Of a DNA stretch of 64,000 bases, positions 23,331-36,445 are shown one piece after another. The stretch comes from Octopus sinensis (taxonomy: Eukaryota). The position numbers and the translations under genes were made by a program. Numbering within the stretch: the stretch's first letter is position 1; each line of letters begins with the position of its first letter. The DNA lies in assembly GCF_006345805.1 (NCBI RefSeq), contig NC_043003.1, positions 100,378,001 through 100,442,000 on the forward strand. The letters run 5' to 3'. The notes below the pieces were generated by a model that ran no database searches, was not told the origin of the DNA, and saw only the letters and a program-made list of their open reading frames with translations.

Positions 23331-24619
23331 TTCCCAGTAGTAGGCACTACCCCTGAATAGTGGAGTTTTCACCTTCCAGCCAAATCTATCACATCCAAGC
23401 CACAACCTTGTAGAAGAGACACCAACTATATCTAGTGTGTAGCATTTCGCCACCTCCACTCATTCCTGCTCTTTACCTATACAGGTTCATTCCAATTCTC
23501 AGTTACAGTTTGTAATGGTTATTCCCTCTTGGACCTACTTTGGGTTCCCAGGACATGTATCCTTTGTACTCCCATCCCACATCTTCCAGAATAAGTTGCA
23601 GGCTTATTGCTGGTTGTACCAGCATTGGGTGGAAATTGCAGTACATTTTTCAAATAGACCCCTCTAATTCCATTGTGATATCATGTATCTTAAGTCATCA
23701 TTGGTGTTTTAGTAACCACTTTTCTGGTGATAGAAGTTAACATGATCCAGGAGACAGAATAATGATAGAGACCCAGAGTGTGAGGGAGAAAGGAACAAGA
23801 ATATGAGGGTAGGCAGAGCAAGTTGAAGTGATGACAGGTGGAACAGGGAGGCAGAGTGGTCCAATTGATCCAATGTGTCCTCTACATAGGCTGGATGATC
23901 GAGTGATGAGGGTGGTGGTAGAAGGAATAGAAAGTTGGCAAGACCAGCTCAGATAATGGGTGTTGGGTGTAAATGGTAAAGATAAGAGTGAAAGGGAGAT
24001 AGGAAGTTAAAAGTTTGTGGTAGAGGCATCACTAGCAGACATAGCAATGAAGCAGTAATGTGCATCTAGTATTCTCACAGCCACTCTTGGCTGATTTTCA
24101 TATGATATGATACATTTTTGTTTTTAAATACCTCCATGAAGAATATTAACTCTGGACAAACACTGCAGTTAATTTGCATTTTTTTCTTATGATGTACTTA
24201 CATTAAGTATGGTACACTTGTGGGTATTTTAATCTAACACTGCTTTGTTTCATATAACAGATTTTTTTAATTAATGATATTAGTTCTCTTTAACAATGCA
24301 ATAAAGCATTCCATTTTGGTTAAGTATCCATTTGCACTTGAAATATCCAATGCAGATTTCTAAACAACAACAATGGTGAAATATATAGTATATATATGGT
24401 AAGAAATATGTAGTAATATATAGTATACTATATATAGTAAGGACAAATAATATGAATTTGTGTTTATCATGCCATCTGAGCCTTACAAATGAGATGACTA
24501 ACGACTAAGATATCTGGTGCATTGCTGTATTCAAGAAGACCTGTCTACACAGCAGAATTGATACTGGTGCTGGTATCACATAAAAAGTACTGATGCTGCT
24601 GCCTCACAAAAAAACATCC

Positions 24620-25230
24620 AGTACATTCTGTGGAGTGGTTGGTGTTAGGAAGGTCATCCAGCCAGAGAAACCATGTCAGAACAGACAATGAGCTTGGTAT
24701 GGCCCCTGACCTTACCAGCTCTGGGCAAACTGTTCAACAATGCTAGCATGGAAAACAGATGTTAAATGATGATGATGATATAGGAAGGTTAACAGAGAAA
24801 GTGGTGTTCGTATGTGGAAGATGTACAGAAGCAATAAAAACCACAGATACACAGGAACTGATTTCCACAAATATCCAGGTAGACCTCTGGAAGTTGTAGA
24901 TACTTTTTGTTACCTAGGTAATTAGCAGTAATTTCTTTTACCTAGGTGACCTAATTAGCGTAATTGCTCGAATAAGAATAGGATAGGGTAAGTTTGGAGA
25001 GCTTTTACTTCTATTGGCTGCCAGATGTCTCTCTCTGCATGGTAGTGAGATGTGGGCTTTGAATGTGGAGGTTATGTGAAGGCTGGAGAGGAATGAAGCT
25101 GGTATGCTCTGCTGGATGTGCAGTGTCAGCATGCATGTGTGACAGAGCACTGGTGTATTGGGAGAGAAGTTGGGCATCAGAGGAATTATATGCAATGTTC
25201 AAGAGAGGAGACTATGCTGGAGAGAGAGAG
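24620..25230 (+). mobile_element. SINE/RTE 3' tail (24620-24780) followed by an RTE LINE fragment
   Basis: (GAT)n tail, then DTFCYLG...IARIRIG...MWALNVE..RLERNEAGMLCWMC. Confidence 0.7.
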
Positions 25231-25849
25231 AGAGATCAAAACTGAGAGCAGAAACAAGTGTGCTGCTATAGATGAGATACATAGTTACTCAGTGAGGGAG
25301 AGAGAGTTAACAAGAAAGAGGACAGCAACAGGTTATGAAGGGAGAGTGATCAAGAATGAGGGCAGAAACAGATGTGCTGCTGTAGAGAATGTACATGGTT
25401 ACCCAGTCAGAAGGAAAAACATGGGAAAGTGAGAGAGAGTGGGAGACAGCAAGAGTGCAAGAGAGAGCAGGAGAGAGATGGTGGAGAAGTGCCGGTGGGG
25501 TATACTCACAACCAACTGGGATCAGAGCATAGATGAAATGGTAGAGTAAGGAAGAGAGAGATAAATGGTGACATGTGCCAGGGCATACCCCCAAGGTATG
25601 GAAATCATAATATACATGACAGGGTATTGCCAAGTAGGTGGGAGTGGGGGTAGGGAATGCTATGACTGGTGAGAACCTGGATATATAGAGGGGGTGGGAA
25701 AGCAACAATGCAAGGAGCAGGGTAGTGAGGACAAGAGTGGGGAATGAAAGATAATTACAGTGTATGAAGAGGAAATGTGAAGAAGAGAAGAGATGTAGTT
25801 TAGTCTGTTGGGGTAGGGTGTGTGAACATTTCTAGGAACTCAGTTTCAC

Positions 25850-26820
25850 TGACATGGGTGGGTCTTCTCTAGAACTTCATTTTGCCAGACATCTCAGTCC
25901 ATTGTCATTTCTTCCATGAGCCCCTACATACTGAAATTGGTCCTCACCACTTCATCCCATATCTTTCTGGGTCTCCCCTCTTCCACAGGTACCATCCACT
26001 TTCAGTGACTGGCATTTCTTTATACCACTATTTTCATTCATATGCATCATATGTCCAAACCATTGTAGTTTCCTCTCTATAGTCATAGACTAGTGATTTA
26101 GTTCATCCCCAGCGAAGTGAATCGCTATTCTATCATTGTATACAGAGTAAAAGCTATTTGTGGATATGCCCTAATAAAGCATTTGTAAGAATAAATTCAA
26201 ATATGAATTAGAAGTAGCATTAGTGTTGTAAACATTATTGACTGCACATACTTAATGTATGTGTTTTGCTTGTTTTTTACACTATTTGTACATAGTCATA
26301 TTGGCAATTCAGTTTGTCCCCTGTTCAGTTCAAGTATATGATGCTGACAAGCCACAAAAATGGCAAAATATCAGTATCCATGACCCCTGAATGAGATTAA
26401 GGGTGAGTTGTCTCACTTATCTGTGACTTTTGGGTGTTTTAACACTCAACACTTGGAGGGAGTCATCCCCACCATGATATACTGTCGCATACTAGTGAAC
26501 AAGCAAGGCTATATTAACTCTAAGGCCTTTTGATTCTAGACCTTGCTTCCAAGCCTGAAATTTCTTCTCTAATTCTGCTAGTGTTTCAGCTATAAGAATA
26601 AGCTCATCAGCATAGAGGAGCTCCCAGGGGCAGCCAGTCTTAAATTCCTCTGTTATTGCCTAGAGGACTATGATGAACAAAAGGGGGTTGAGGACTGATC
26701 CTTGGTGAACCCCTACTTGTACCCTGAATTCCTTGCTATACTCGTTGCTAACCTTCACCTCACTAACAGCATCCCTGTAAATGGCTTATACAACTCTCAC
26801 CAACCACTCATCTATCCCTA
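25850..26820 (-). mobile_element. RTE LINE fragments including the RT core
   Basis: Minus strand at 26500-26820: GVHQGSVLNPLLFIIV..AITEEFKTGCPWELLYADEL...AWKQGLESKG. Confidence 0.75.
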
Positions 26821-27825
26821 GCTAAGGATCTAATTGCTTTCTTCCAAAGGATGGGCTTACAGATTACGAAATATACTAACCTTAAAAGTGTAGATTTCTT
26901 AGATGTAAATTTAGATTTACAGTCATATAAATTCAAACCTTACCGTAAGTCTAATGATAAGCTATCTTATATTAGCAAAGAATCCAATAATCTGCCAGTT
27001 ATTCTTAGGAACTTAGTCAGTAATGTAGGTAGACGAATATTGTCAATTTCTTCGGATAAGGCAGCATTCCAAAATGCTGCACCTTATTACAATAGTGCAT
27101 TAAGGAATAGTGGATTCTCTGAGGAGATCCAGTAAAACCAACTTAATGCTAGCAGTAATGCAACATATAGAACTAGGACTAGGAAGGTTTTGTAGTTTAA
27201 CCCAGCTTTCAATATGGCCGTAAAAACAAATATAGGTAGGGAATTCTTAAAATTAGTCTCTAGACATTTTCAACCTGACCGTAAGTTTTATAGAATATTT
27301 AATAGAAGTATGCTTAAGATCAGCTATTCTTGCTGCAAAAACTTCGCCTCTTTTATTAACCAACACAACAAGAAGATAATTGCAAATAATCATAGTGTCA
27401 GTTCTTTTTCTAAAAATTGCAATTGCAAAGATGGAACCTCCTGTCCATTGGAAGGAAAATGTCAGGAGAAAGGAATCGTGTATAGAGCTAAAGTGCAGAT
27501 AGAAGAACTTACAAAGGGGCTTCTGAAAATTCTTTCAAAACCTGATTTTATTCTCATAGAAATTCTTTCCGATATCCCGAAAATAGGACAAAGACCAGCC
27601 TGGCAAAATATGTCTGGGAATTAAAAGAAAACGAAACCTGACCTTTCAATGTGACATGGAGAATTTTAGATAGAGCTTCATCTTACAGATGAGGAGTGCA
27701 TAAAAGACCCATCAAATGTGATTTATGTCTGTTGGAAAAATTTTATATTTTATTCCAAGACAATAGCGCTTTGAATCAAAAACGCGAACTCTTGAATTCC
27801 TGCAGACACACAACAAAATTTTAAA
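26821..27825 (+). mobile_element. Penelope-like element, RT C-terminus and GIY-YIG endonuclease (frameshifted)
   Basis: VDFLDVNLDL...KPYRK, KTNIGREFLKLV..HF, CNCKDGTSCPLEGKC..KGIVYRAKV, YKG..E.SFK..FYSHRNSF...TSLAKYVWELK, CDLCLLEK, KRELLNSCRH. Confidence 0.85.
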
Positions 27826-29133
27826 TGTCAGCTAACAATATACCATATGGATAGTATATATTTTTTGATTCTTGAACTAGTTTTTAATCACACTGTTGGA
27901 TTTGTATAATACAAGATTTATTTTGCATCGCAAAGATATTGTATATATTTCAACATATTTCTTAAGAAAACCTTTGACTGTTATATGCATATATTATTTT
28001 CATGTTTAAGATTCTATTTTTATTTCCTTTTATTGTATTTTATACACACATTTAATCATTTAATTTATAGATAATTCGATATAGGGTGTTCTATTTTGCA
28101 TGTCTTTTATCTGAATTTTATTATTATTCACTCAGCAATTTAAAAAAAGGGTTGTTTGTATATATACGTCAAGACCTAGATATGTTTTTATGTGGATGTC
28201 TGTATTGTTGGCATGCATATGTATTCGTATTTGTGCATCTATGTATATGTGTAAGTAAACGTGTATGTTTATACTTGTGCACATACATACATGGATGTAT
28301 ATGTATGCATGCATACAATTATATTTGTGTGACTGTGTATTTACGGGCATATTTCCATATATTTATATAAATGAACTTATATGTGTATTTATGCTAATAT
28401 ATACTTTTGTATACACATATATACGTAATTTTATTTTGTGTACATTTGTTACTCACATTCCACTACCTATCTTTCTTTCTTTTTTCTTTCTTTACGAGAA
28501 GTATCCTTTCTCTCCCTATTTCTTACTTGTATAACATCATTTAACAATGCATTCCTCTTCTCTCCCCCTTACTTACCTCTTTCCCTCGGTAGCTGTTACG
28601 TTTAAGATCCTTCCTTTCCTTTTTCTTTCCCCCTCCCTACGTTTAAAATATACTTCTCAACTAGCTTGTCTGTTATAACTTCTATATGTATACACTATGA
28701 GATTTTCATATGCAGGCATAGTTGCGTACATATATGTATATGTGTATTTATACGTATATTTATGTCTTACATATATATGCCTGTATATGTATGTAGTCTG
28801 TGTGCATGCATCTGTGAATTTTGATATATATATATATATATGTATATTACAGATGGTCTAGTATGCATATATACTGTTGTAAAATATTTATGTAATGCAG
28901 CATGGAAATTTTAATTGAATTATATTTCGTATATAATTATTTACAATATGTATTTTGAATCCACTCTTCGATTTAAGGTTTTCCTCGCTTTTTATTATAG
29001 GATGAATTTATATTGAATACATTTATTTTGTTTATTGCATGCTTAAGAGGACCAATGAAACAAATCCATTTTTAAAGGTGTATCCTTTAACTAGTTTTGA
29101 TCATATCGTTATTTCTGTTCTATTTTAACAAAA

Positions 29134-29171
29134 CTGTCTGACGAACAGGAACGTGAGACTCTGAGTATATT
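29134..29171 (+). ncRNA. Decayed minimal hammerhead motif downstream of the Penelope ORF
   Basis: CTGT-CTGACGA-AC AGGAAC GT-GAGA(for GAAA)-CTC T GAG-TA. The core is mutated and stem I is unpaired. Confidence 0.35.
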
Positions 29172-29330
29172 CTTTGTGTATATTTCTGCTGCTTTAAATA
29201 AAAACATATTAATCTACCTCTGGTATTTGAGTACTTTTTTTCCACCTTGTTTCAAGTTTATGTGCTTACTCCAGTATTACCATATATATAATATATATAT
29301 AATATATCTATATATATATTTTTTATATAT

Positions 29331-29441
29331 AGAAGGAGCTTCTACAGGACTAGAACTGTTTCATTCAAGAGAAATCTTCAGGAGCTTCCTGAAAGATTTC
29401 TCTTGAATGAAAACAGTTCTAGTCCTGTAGAAGCTCCTTCT
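29331..29441. repeat. Near-perfect ~110-bp palindrome made of two head-to-head hammerhead-like motifs
   Basis: Arms 29331-29382 and 29388-29441. Plus strand: GGAGCTTC-CTGAAAGA-T TTC TCTT GAA T-GAAAA-CAG..CTG-TA-GAAGCTCC, with an 8-bp stem I. Confidence 0.85.
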
Positions 29442-29514
29442 GAAATAAATTAATTTACTCTGCTATGTATTGAGTATTATTTACTGTGGTTAACCCCGAA
29501 TCAACCCGGGACCT

Positions 29515-29844
29515 ACATATATATTATATATATATAGATATATAAGATATTATATATATAGATATATATATATATATATATATAATGTGTGTGTGTGTGT
29601 ATATACATATGCATATATATACATATGTATATATATACATTATATATATATTATAACATATATATACATATATATATATACATATATATATACATATATA
29701 TATATATATAATATATATATATACATATATATATATATTATATATATATAGATATATATATACATATATCTATTATATATATATACATATATATATAATA
29801 TATGTATATGCATATATATATATATATATATATATATGCATATA

Positions 29845-29880
<36 letters not shown>

Positions 29881-29926
29881 ATGCATATATATATATAATA
29901 TATATGTATATGCATGTATATGTATA

Positions 29927-29960
<34 letters not shown>

Positions 29961-30196
29961 TATATTATTATATATATATATATAGATATGTATATGCATA
30001 TATATATATAATATATATATGTATATGCAGATATGTATATGCATATATATATATATTAATGTATATGCATGTATATGTATTATGCATATATATATATATA
30101 TATGTATATGCATGTATATGCATATATTATATGTATATGCATGTATATGTATATGCATATATATATATATATAGTATGCATGTATGTATTGCATAT

Positions 30197-30227
<31 letters not shown>

Positions 30228-30280
30228 GCATATATATATATATATATATAATATATATATTACGTATATGCATATATATC

Positions 30281-30312
<32 letters not shown>

Positions 30313-30319
30313 AAGTATA

Positions 30320-30385
<66 letters not shown>

Positions 30386-30489
30386 TAACATATATATTAT
30401 ATATATATGTATAGATATATATATATATATATATATTATAGATATATATATATATGCATATACATATATATATATATATATGTATGCAT
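29515..30489. repeat. Compound (TA)n/(TATG)n/(CATA)n microsatellite, ~1 kb
   Basis: Visible directly. The YI-rich ORFs here are translation artefacts. Confidence 0.95.
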
Positions 30490-33400
30490 ATTCGTTGTTA
30501 ATACGTTTTATTCTACACTGTACGAAAATTAACCTTTTTTAAGATACTTCAAGCCTTCGCCATAACTTGATTTATCTTCCTATCTCTCTCTATACAATAT
30601 TTAACCGAAGGCTGCCTCAAGCCGTAATCCCATCTTTTTCCCATCTTTCAGTCATTGGCGGTCTTATTTTTTCCTCCTCTTCTTCTTCATATGCTAAAAC
30701 TTGAAAACCGCCTTACTATTACATTACGATTCTGCAATTTAAATTCCCAGTTCAACTACTTTCTTCTTCAATTTCAAACTCCCGCTCGATGACCCGCAGC
30801 AAGTTCTTAAAAAATTTATCTTACTATATTTTTATTCGTTGTTAATACGTTTATTCATACACTGTTACGAAAATTTACCTTTTTAAGATACTTTCAAGCT
30901 TCGCCATAACTTGATTTATCTTCCTATCTCTCTCTCTACAAGATTTAACCGCAGGCTGCCTCAAGCCGTAATCCCATCTTTTTCCCATCTTTCAGTCATT
31001 GGCGGTCTTCTTTTCCTCCTCTCTCTTCTTCATATGCTAAAACTTGAAAACCGCCCATTATTTTACTATTACGATTCTGCATTTAAATTCCCGAGTTCAA
31101 CTACTTTCTTCTTCAATTCAACTCCCGCTCGATGACCGCAGCAAGTTCTTAAAAAATTTATCTTACTATATTTTTTATTCGTTTGTTAATACGTTTATTC
31201 ATACACTGTTACGAAAATTAACCTTTTTTAAGATACTTTTCAAGCCTTCGCCATAACTTGATTATTTCTTCCTATCTCTCTCTCTACAATATTTAACGCA
31301 GGCTGCCTCAAGCCGTAATCCCATCTTTTTTCCCATCTTTCAGTCATTGGCGGTCTCTTCTTTTTCCTCCTCTTCTTCTCATATGCTAAAACTTTGAAAA
31401 ACCGCCATTACTATACTATTACGATTCTGCAATTTAAATTCCCAGTTCAACTACTTTCTTTTCAATTTCAACTCCCGCTCGATGACCGCAGCAAGTTCTT
31501 AAAAAATTTATCTTACTATATTTTTATTCGTTGTTAATACGTTTATTCATACAACTGTTACGAAATTTAACCTTTTTTAAGATTACTTTCAAGCCTTCGC
31601 CATAACTTGATTTATCTTCCTATCTCTCTCTCTACAATATTTAACCGCAGGCTGCCTCAAGCCGTAATCCCATCTTTTTCCATCTTTCAGGTCATTGGCG
31701 GTCTTTTTTTCCTCCTCTTCTTCTTCATATGCAAAACTTGAAAAACGCCATTACTATTACTATTACGATTCTGCAATTTAAATTCCCAGTTCAACTACTT
31801 TCTTCTTCAATTTCAACTCCCGCTCGATGACCGCAGCAAGTTCTTAAAAAATTTATCTTCTATATTTTTTATTCGTTGTTAATACGTTTATCATATGTGT
31901 TACGAAAATTTAACCTTTTTTAGATACTTTCAAGCCTTCGCCATAACTTGATTTATCTTCCTATCTCTCTCTCTACAATATTAACCGCGGGCTGCCTCAA
32001 GCCGTAATCCCATCTTTTTCCCATCTTTCAGTCATTGGCGGTCTTCTTTTTCCTCCTCTTCTTCTTCATATGCTAAACTTGAAAACGCCATTACTATTAC
32101 TATTACGATTCTGCAATTTAAATTCCCAGTTCAACACTTTCTTTCTTCAATTTCAACTCCCGCTCGATGACCGCAGCAAGTTCTTAAAAAAAATTTATCT
32201 TCTATATTTTTATTCGTTGTTAATACGTTTATCATACACTTTACGAAAATTTAACCTTTTTAAGATACTTTCAAGCCTTCGCCATAACTTGATTATCTTC
32301 CTATCTCTCTCTCTACAATATTTAACCGCAGGCTGCCTCAAGCCGTAATCCCATCTTTTTCATCTTTCAGTCATTGGCGGTCTTCTTTTCCTCATCTTCT
32401 TTTCATGCTAAACTTGAAAACGCCGCCATTACTATTACTATTACGATTCTGCAATTTAAATTCCCAGTTCAACTACTTTCTTCTTCAATTTCAACTCCCG
32501 CTCGATGACCGCAGCAAGTTTCTAAAAAAAATTTATCTTACTAATATTTTTTATTCGTTGTTAATACGTTTATCATACACTGTTACGAAAATTAACCTTT
32601 TTTAAGATACTTTTCAAGCCTTCGCATAACTTGATTTATCTTCCTATCTCTCTCTCTACAATATTTAACGCAGGCTGCTCAAGCCGTAATCCCATCTTTT
32701 CCCATCTTTCAGTCATTGGCGGTCTCTTTTTCCTCCTCTTCTTCTTCATATGCTAAAACTTGAAAACCGCCATTACTATTACTATTACGATTCTGCAATT
32801 TAAATTCCAGTTCAACTACTCTTTTCTTCTTCAATTTCAACTCCCGCTCGATGACCCGCAGCAAGTTCTTAAAAAATTATCTTACTATATTTTTATTCGT
32901 TCGTGTTAATACGTTTATTCATACACTGTTACGAAAATTTAACCTTTTTTAAGATACTTTCAAGCCTTCGCCATAACTTGATTTATATTCCTATCTCTCT
33001 CTCTACAATATTTAACCGCAGGCTGCCTCAAGCCGTAATCCCATCTTTTTCCCATCTTCAGTCATTGGCGGGTTTCTTTTTCCTCCTCTTCTTCTTCATA
33101 TGCTAAAACTGGAAAAACCGCATTACTATTACTATTACGATTCTGCAATTTAAATTCCCAGTTCAACTACTTTCTTCTTCAATTTCAACTCCCGCTCGAT
33201 GACCGCAGCAAGTTCTTAAAAATTTATCTTACTATATTTTTTATTCGTGTTAATACGTTTATCATACACTGTACGAAAATTTAACCTTTTTTAGATACTT
33301 TCAAGCCTTCGCCATAACTGATTTATCTTCCTATCTCTCTCTCTACAATTTTTAACCGCAGCTGCCTCAAGCCGTAATCCCATCTTTTTCCATCTTTCAG

Positions 33401-35466
33401 TCCATTGGCGGTCTTCTTTTCCTCCTCTTCTTCTTCATATGCCTAAAACTTGAAAACCGCCATTACTATTACTATTACGATTCTGCAATTTAAATTCCAG
33501 TTCAACTACTTTCTTCTTCAATTTCAACTCCCGCTCGATGACCGCAGCAAGTTCTTAAAAAATTTATCTTACTATATTTTTTTTCGTTTTGTTAATACGT
33601 TTATTCATACACTGTTACGAAAATTTAACCTTTTTAAGATACTTTCAAGCCTTCGCCATAACTTGATTTATCTTCCTATCTCTCTCTCTACCAATATTAA
33701 CCGCAGGCTGCCTCAAGCCGTGACTCCCATCTTTTTCCCATCTTTCAGTCATTGGCGGTCTTCTTTTCCTCCCTTCTTCTTCATATGCTAAAACTTGAAA
33801 ACCGCCATTACTATTACTATTACGATTCTGCAATTTAAATTCCCAGTTCAACTACTTTCTTCTTCAATTTCAACTCCCGCTCGATGACCGCAGCAAGTTC
33901 TTAAAAATTATCTTACTATATTTTTTTATTCGTGTTAATACGTTTATTCATACACTGTTACGAAAATTTAACCTTTTTTAAGATACTTTCAAGCTTCGCC
34001 ATAACTTGATTTATCTTCCTATCTCTCTCTCTACAATATTTAACCGCAGGCTGCCTCAAGCCGTAATCCCATCTTTTTCCCATCTTTCAGTCATTGGCGG
34101 TCTTCTTTTTCCTCCTCTTCTCTTCATATGCTAAAACTTGAAAACCGCCATTACTATTACTATTACGATTCTGCAATTTAAATTCCCAGTTCAACTACTT
34201 CTTCTTCAATTTCAACTCCCGCTCGATGACCGCAGCAAGTTCTTAAAAAATTTATCTTACTATTTTTTTATTCGTTGTTAATAGTTTATTTCATACACTG
34301 TTACGAAAATTTAACCTTTTTTAAGATACTTCAAGCCTTCGCCATAACTTGATTTATCTTCCTATCCTCTCTCGACAAATTTAACCGCAGGCTGCCTCAA
34401 GCCGTAATCCCATCTTTTTCCCATCTTTCAGTCATGGGCGGTCTTCTTTTTCCTCCTCTTCTTCTTCATATGCTAAAAATTGAAAACCGCATTACTATTA
34501 CTATTACGATTCTGCAATTAAATTCCCAGTTCAACTACTTTCTTCTTCAATTTCAACTCCCGCTCGATGACCGCAGCAAGTCTTAAAAAATTTATCTTAC
34601 TATATTTTTATTCGTTGTTAATACGTTTATTCATACACTGTTACGAAAATTTAACCTTTTTAAGATACTTTCAAGCCTTCGCCATAACTTGATTTATCTT
34701 CCTATCTCTCTCTCTACAATATTTAACCGCAGGCTGCCTCAAGCCCGTAATCCCATCTTTTTCCCATCTTTCAGTCATTGGCGGTCTTCTTTTCCTCCTC
34801 TTCTTCTTCATATGCTAAAACTTGAAAACCGCCATTACTATTACTATTACGATTCTGCAATTAAATTCCCAGTTCAACTACTTTCTTCTTCAATTTAAAC
34901 TCCCGCTCGATGACCGCAGCAAGTTCTTAAAAAATTTATCTTACTATATTTTTATTCGTTGTTAATACGTTTATTCCTACACTGTTACGAAATTTAACCT
35001 TTTTTAAGATACTTTCAAGCCTTCGCCATAACTGATTTATCTTCCTATCTCTCTCTCTACAATATTTAACCGCAGGCTGCCTCAAGCCGTAATCCCATCT
35101 TTTTCCATCTTTCAGTCATTGGCGGTCTTCTTTTTCCTCTCTCTTCTTCTTCATATGCAAAACTTGAAAACCGCCATTACTATTACTATTACGATCTGCA
35201 ATTTAATTACCAGTTCAACTACTTTCTTCTTCAATTTCAACCCGCCGATGACCCGCAGCAAGTTCTTAAAAAATTTATTACTATATTTTTTATTCGTTGT
35301 TAATACGTTTATTCATACACTGTTACGAAAATTAACCTTTTTAAGATACTTTCAAGCCTTCGCCATAACTTGATTTATCTTCCTATCTCTCTCTCTACAA
35401 TATTTAACCGCAGGCTGCCTCAAGCCGTAATCCCATCTTTTTCCCATCTTGTCAGTCATTGGCGGT
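30490..35466. repeat. Satellite array, ~14.5 head-to-tail units of ~343 bp
   Basis: TTCGTTGTTAATACG recurs at about 30491, 30836, 31178, 31527, 31873, 32213, 32554, 32896, 33244, 33585, 33929, 34272, 34611, 34956 and 35294. The plus strand is pyrimidine-rich. Differences between units are mostly homopolymer indels. Confidence 0.95.
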
Positions 35467-35925
35467 GCGCCCGCCCCCCACCCCCACCACCACAATACCG
35501 TTGAACATGTTCTCCCCCCACCCCAATACCGTTGAACACTGTTCTCACCCCCCCCCCACCACCAATACCAGTATACCCCGTTCTCTCTATCTACACCGGA
35601 TTACACCTTACTCATCTACACTGGGTACGCCCTACTACTCCTCCCCTCCCACTACCACTTCTCCTCATATGCTTAAGACAAGCTGCTAGCGCCATAGCTC
35701 ATCAACTGCCCACCGATCTTACGCTTCCTCATGACACGCCTCAATCCGACCATCCCCTTTTAGTACCCTCCCGGCCTCGTCACCTACCCATTCTAAGTAC
35801 CCCCCTACCCATTCTAAGTACCCCCCTACCATTCTAAGTACCCCGGATCCCCAAAGTACCCGGATCCCCAAAGACCCCGGATCCCCAAATACACCAATCC
35901 CCAAAGTACCCCCGGACCTCGTGCC
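35467..35925. repeat. C-rich junction sequence with short internal tandem repeats
   Basis: CAATACCGTTGAACA x2, CCATTCTAAGTACCCC x3, CCCGGATCCCCAAA x3, and long C runs. Confidence 0.8.
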
Positions 35926-36190
35926 CCCGTGCCGCTGACACGTTAAAATGCTCGAATCCGATCGTGACGATGCCGGACCCTCCGGCCCCTGTGCAGGTGG
36001 CACGTTATAAAAAGCACCCAACCACTACGGAGTGGTTGGCGTTCGGAAGGGCATCCAGCCGTAGAAAACTCTGCCAGATTCAGATGGAGCTGGAGCGGCC
36101 CCTGGCTTCCCAGACCCGGTCAAAACCGTCCAACCCGTGCTAGCGCGGAAAGCGGACGTTAAACGATGATGATGATGATGATGATGATGA
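35926..36190 (+). mobile_element. SINE 3' half with (GAT)n tail
   Basis: GGTGGCACGTTATAAAAGCACCC...GGAGTGGTTGGCG...GCGGACGTTAAAC(GAT)n. Confidence 0.8.
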
Positions 36191-36445
36191 TATATACATA
36201 GATATATATATATGAATATAATACATATGCATATACATAATATTATATATTATGTATATGCATATATTTACATATATTATATATATGCATATATATACAT
36301 ATGCATATATATATACATATATATATATATATCTGCATATATATACATATGTATATATATAAATATATATATACATATATATATACATATGTATTATACA
36401 TATATATATATACATATATATGTATACATATTATACATATATACA

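Noticed and set aside
26322-26403. Plus-strand exon candidate (TTCAG|...AAGG|GTGAGT) as a partner of the 18937 exon
   Set aside because: It contains stop codons in all three frames.
30490-35466. CRISPR-like array, tandem snRNA/5S genes, or a twister ribozyme (TAA-CCGC...GGCTGCCTCAAGCC...GCGG) in the satellite unit
   Set aside because: There are no unique spacers and no pol III boxes or Sm site. The twister-like segment lacks the P1 stem and the 3' purines needed for the pseudoknot.
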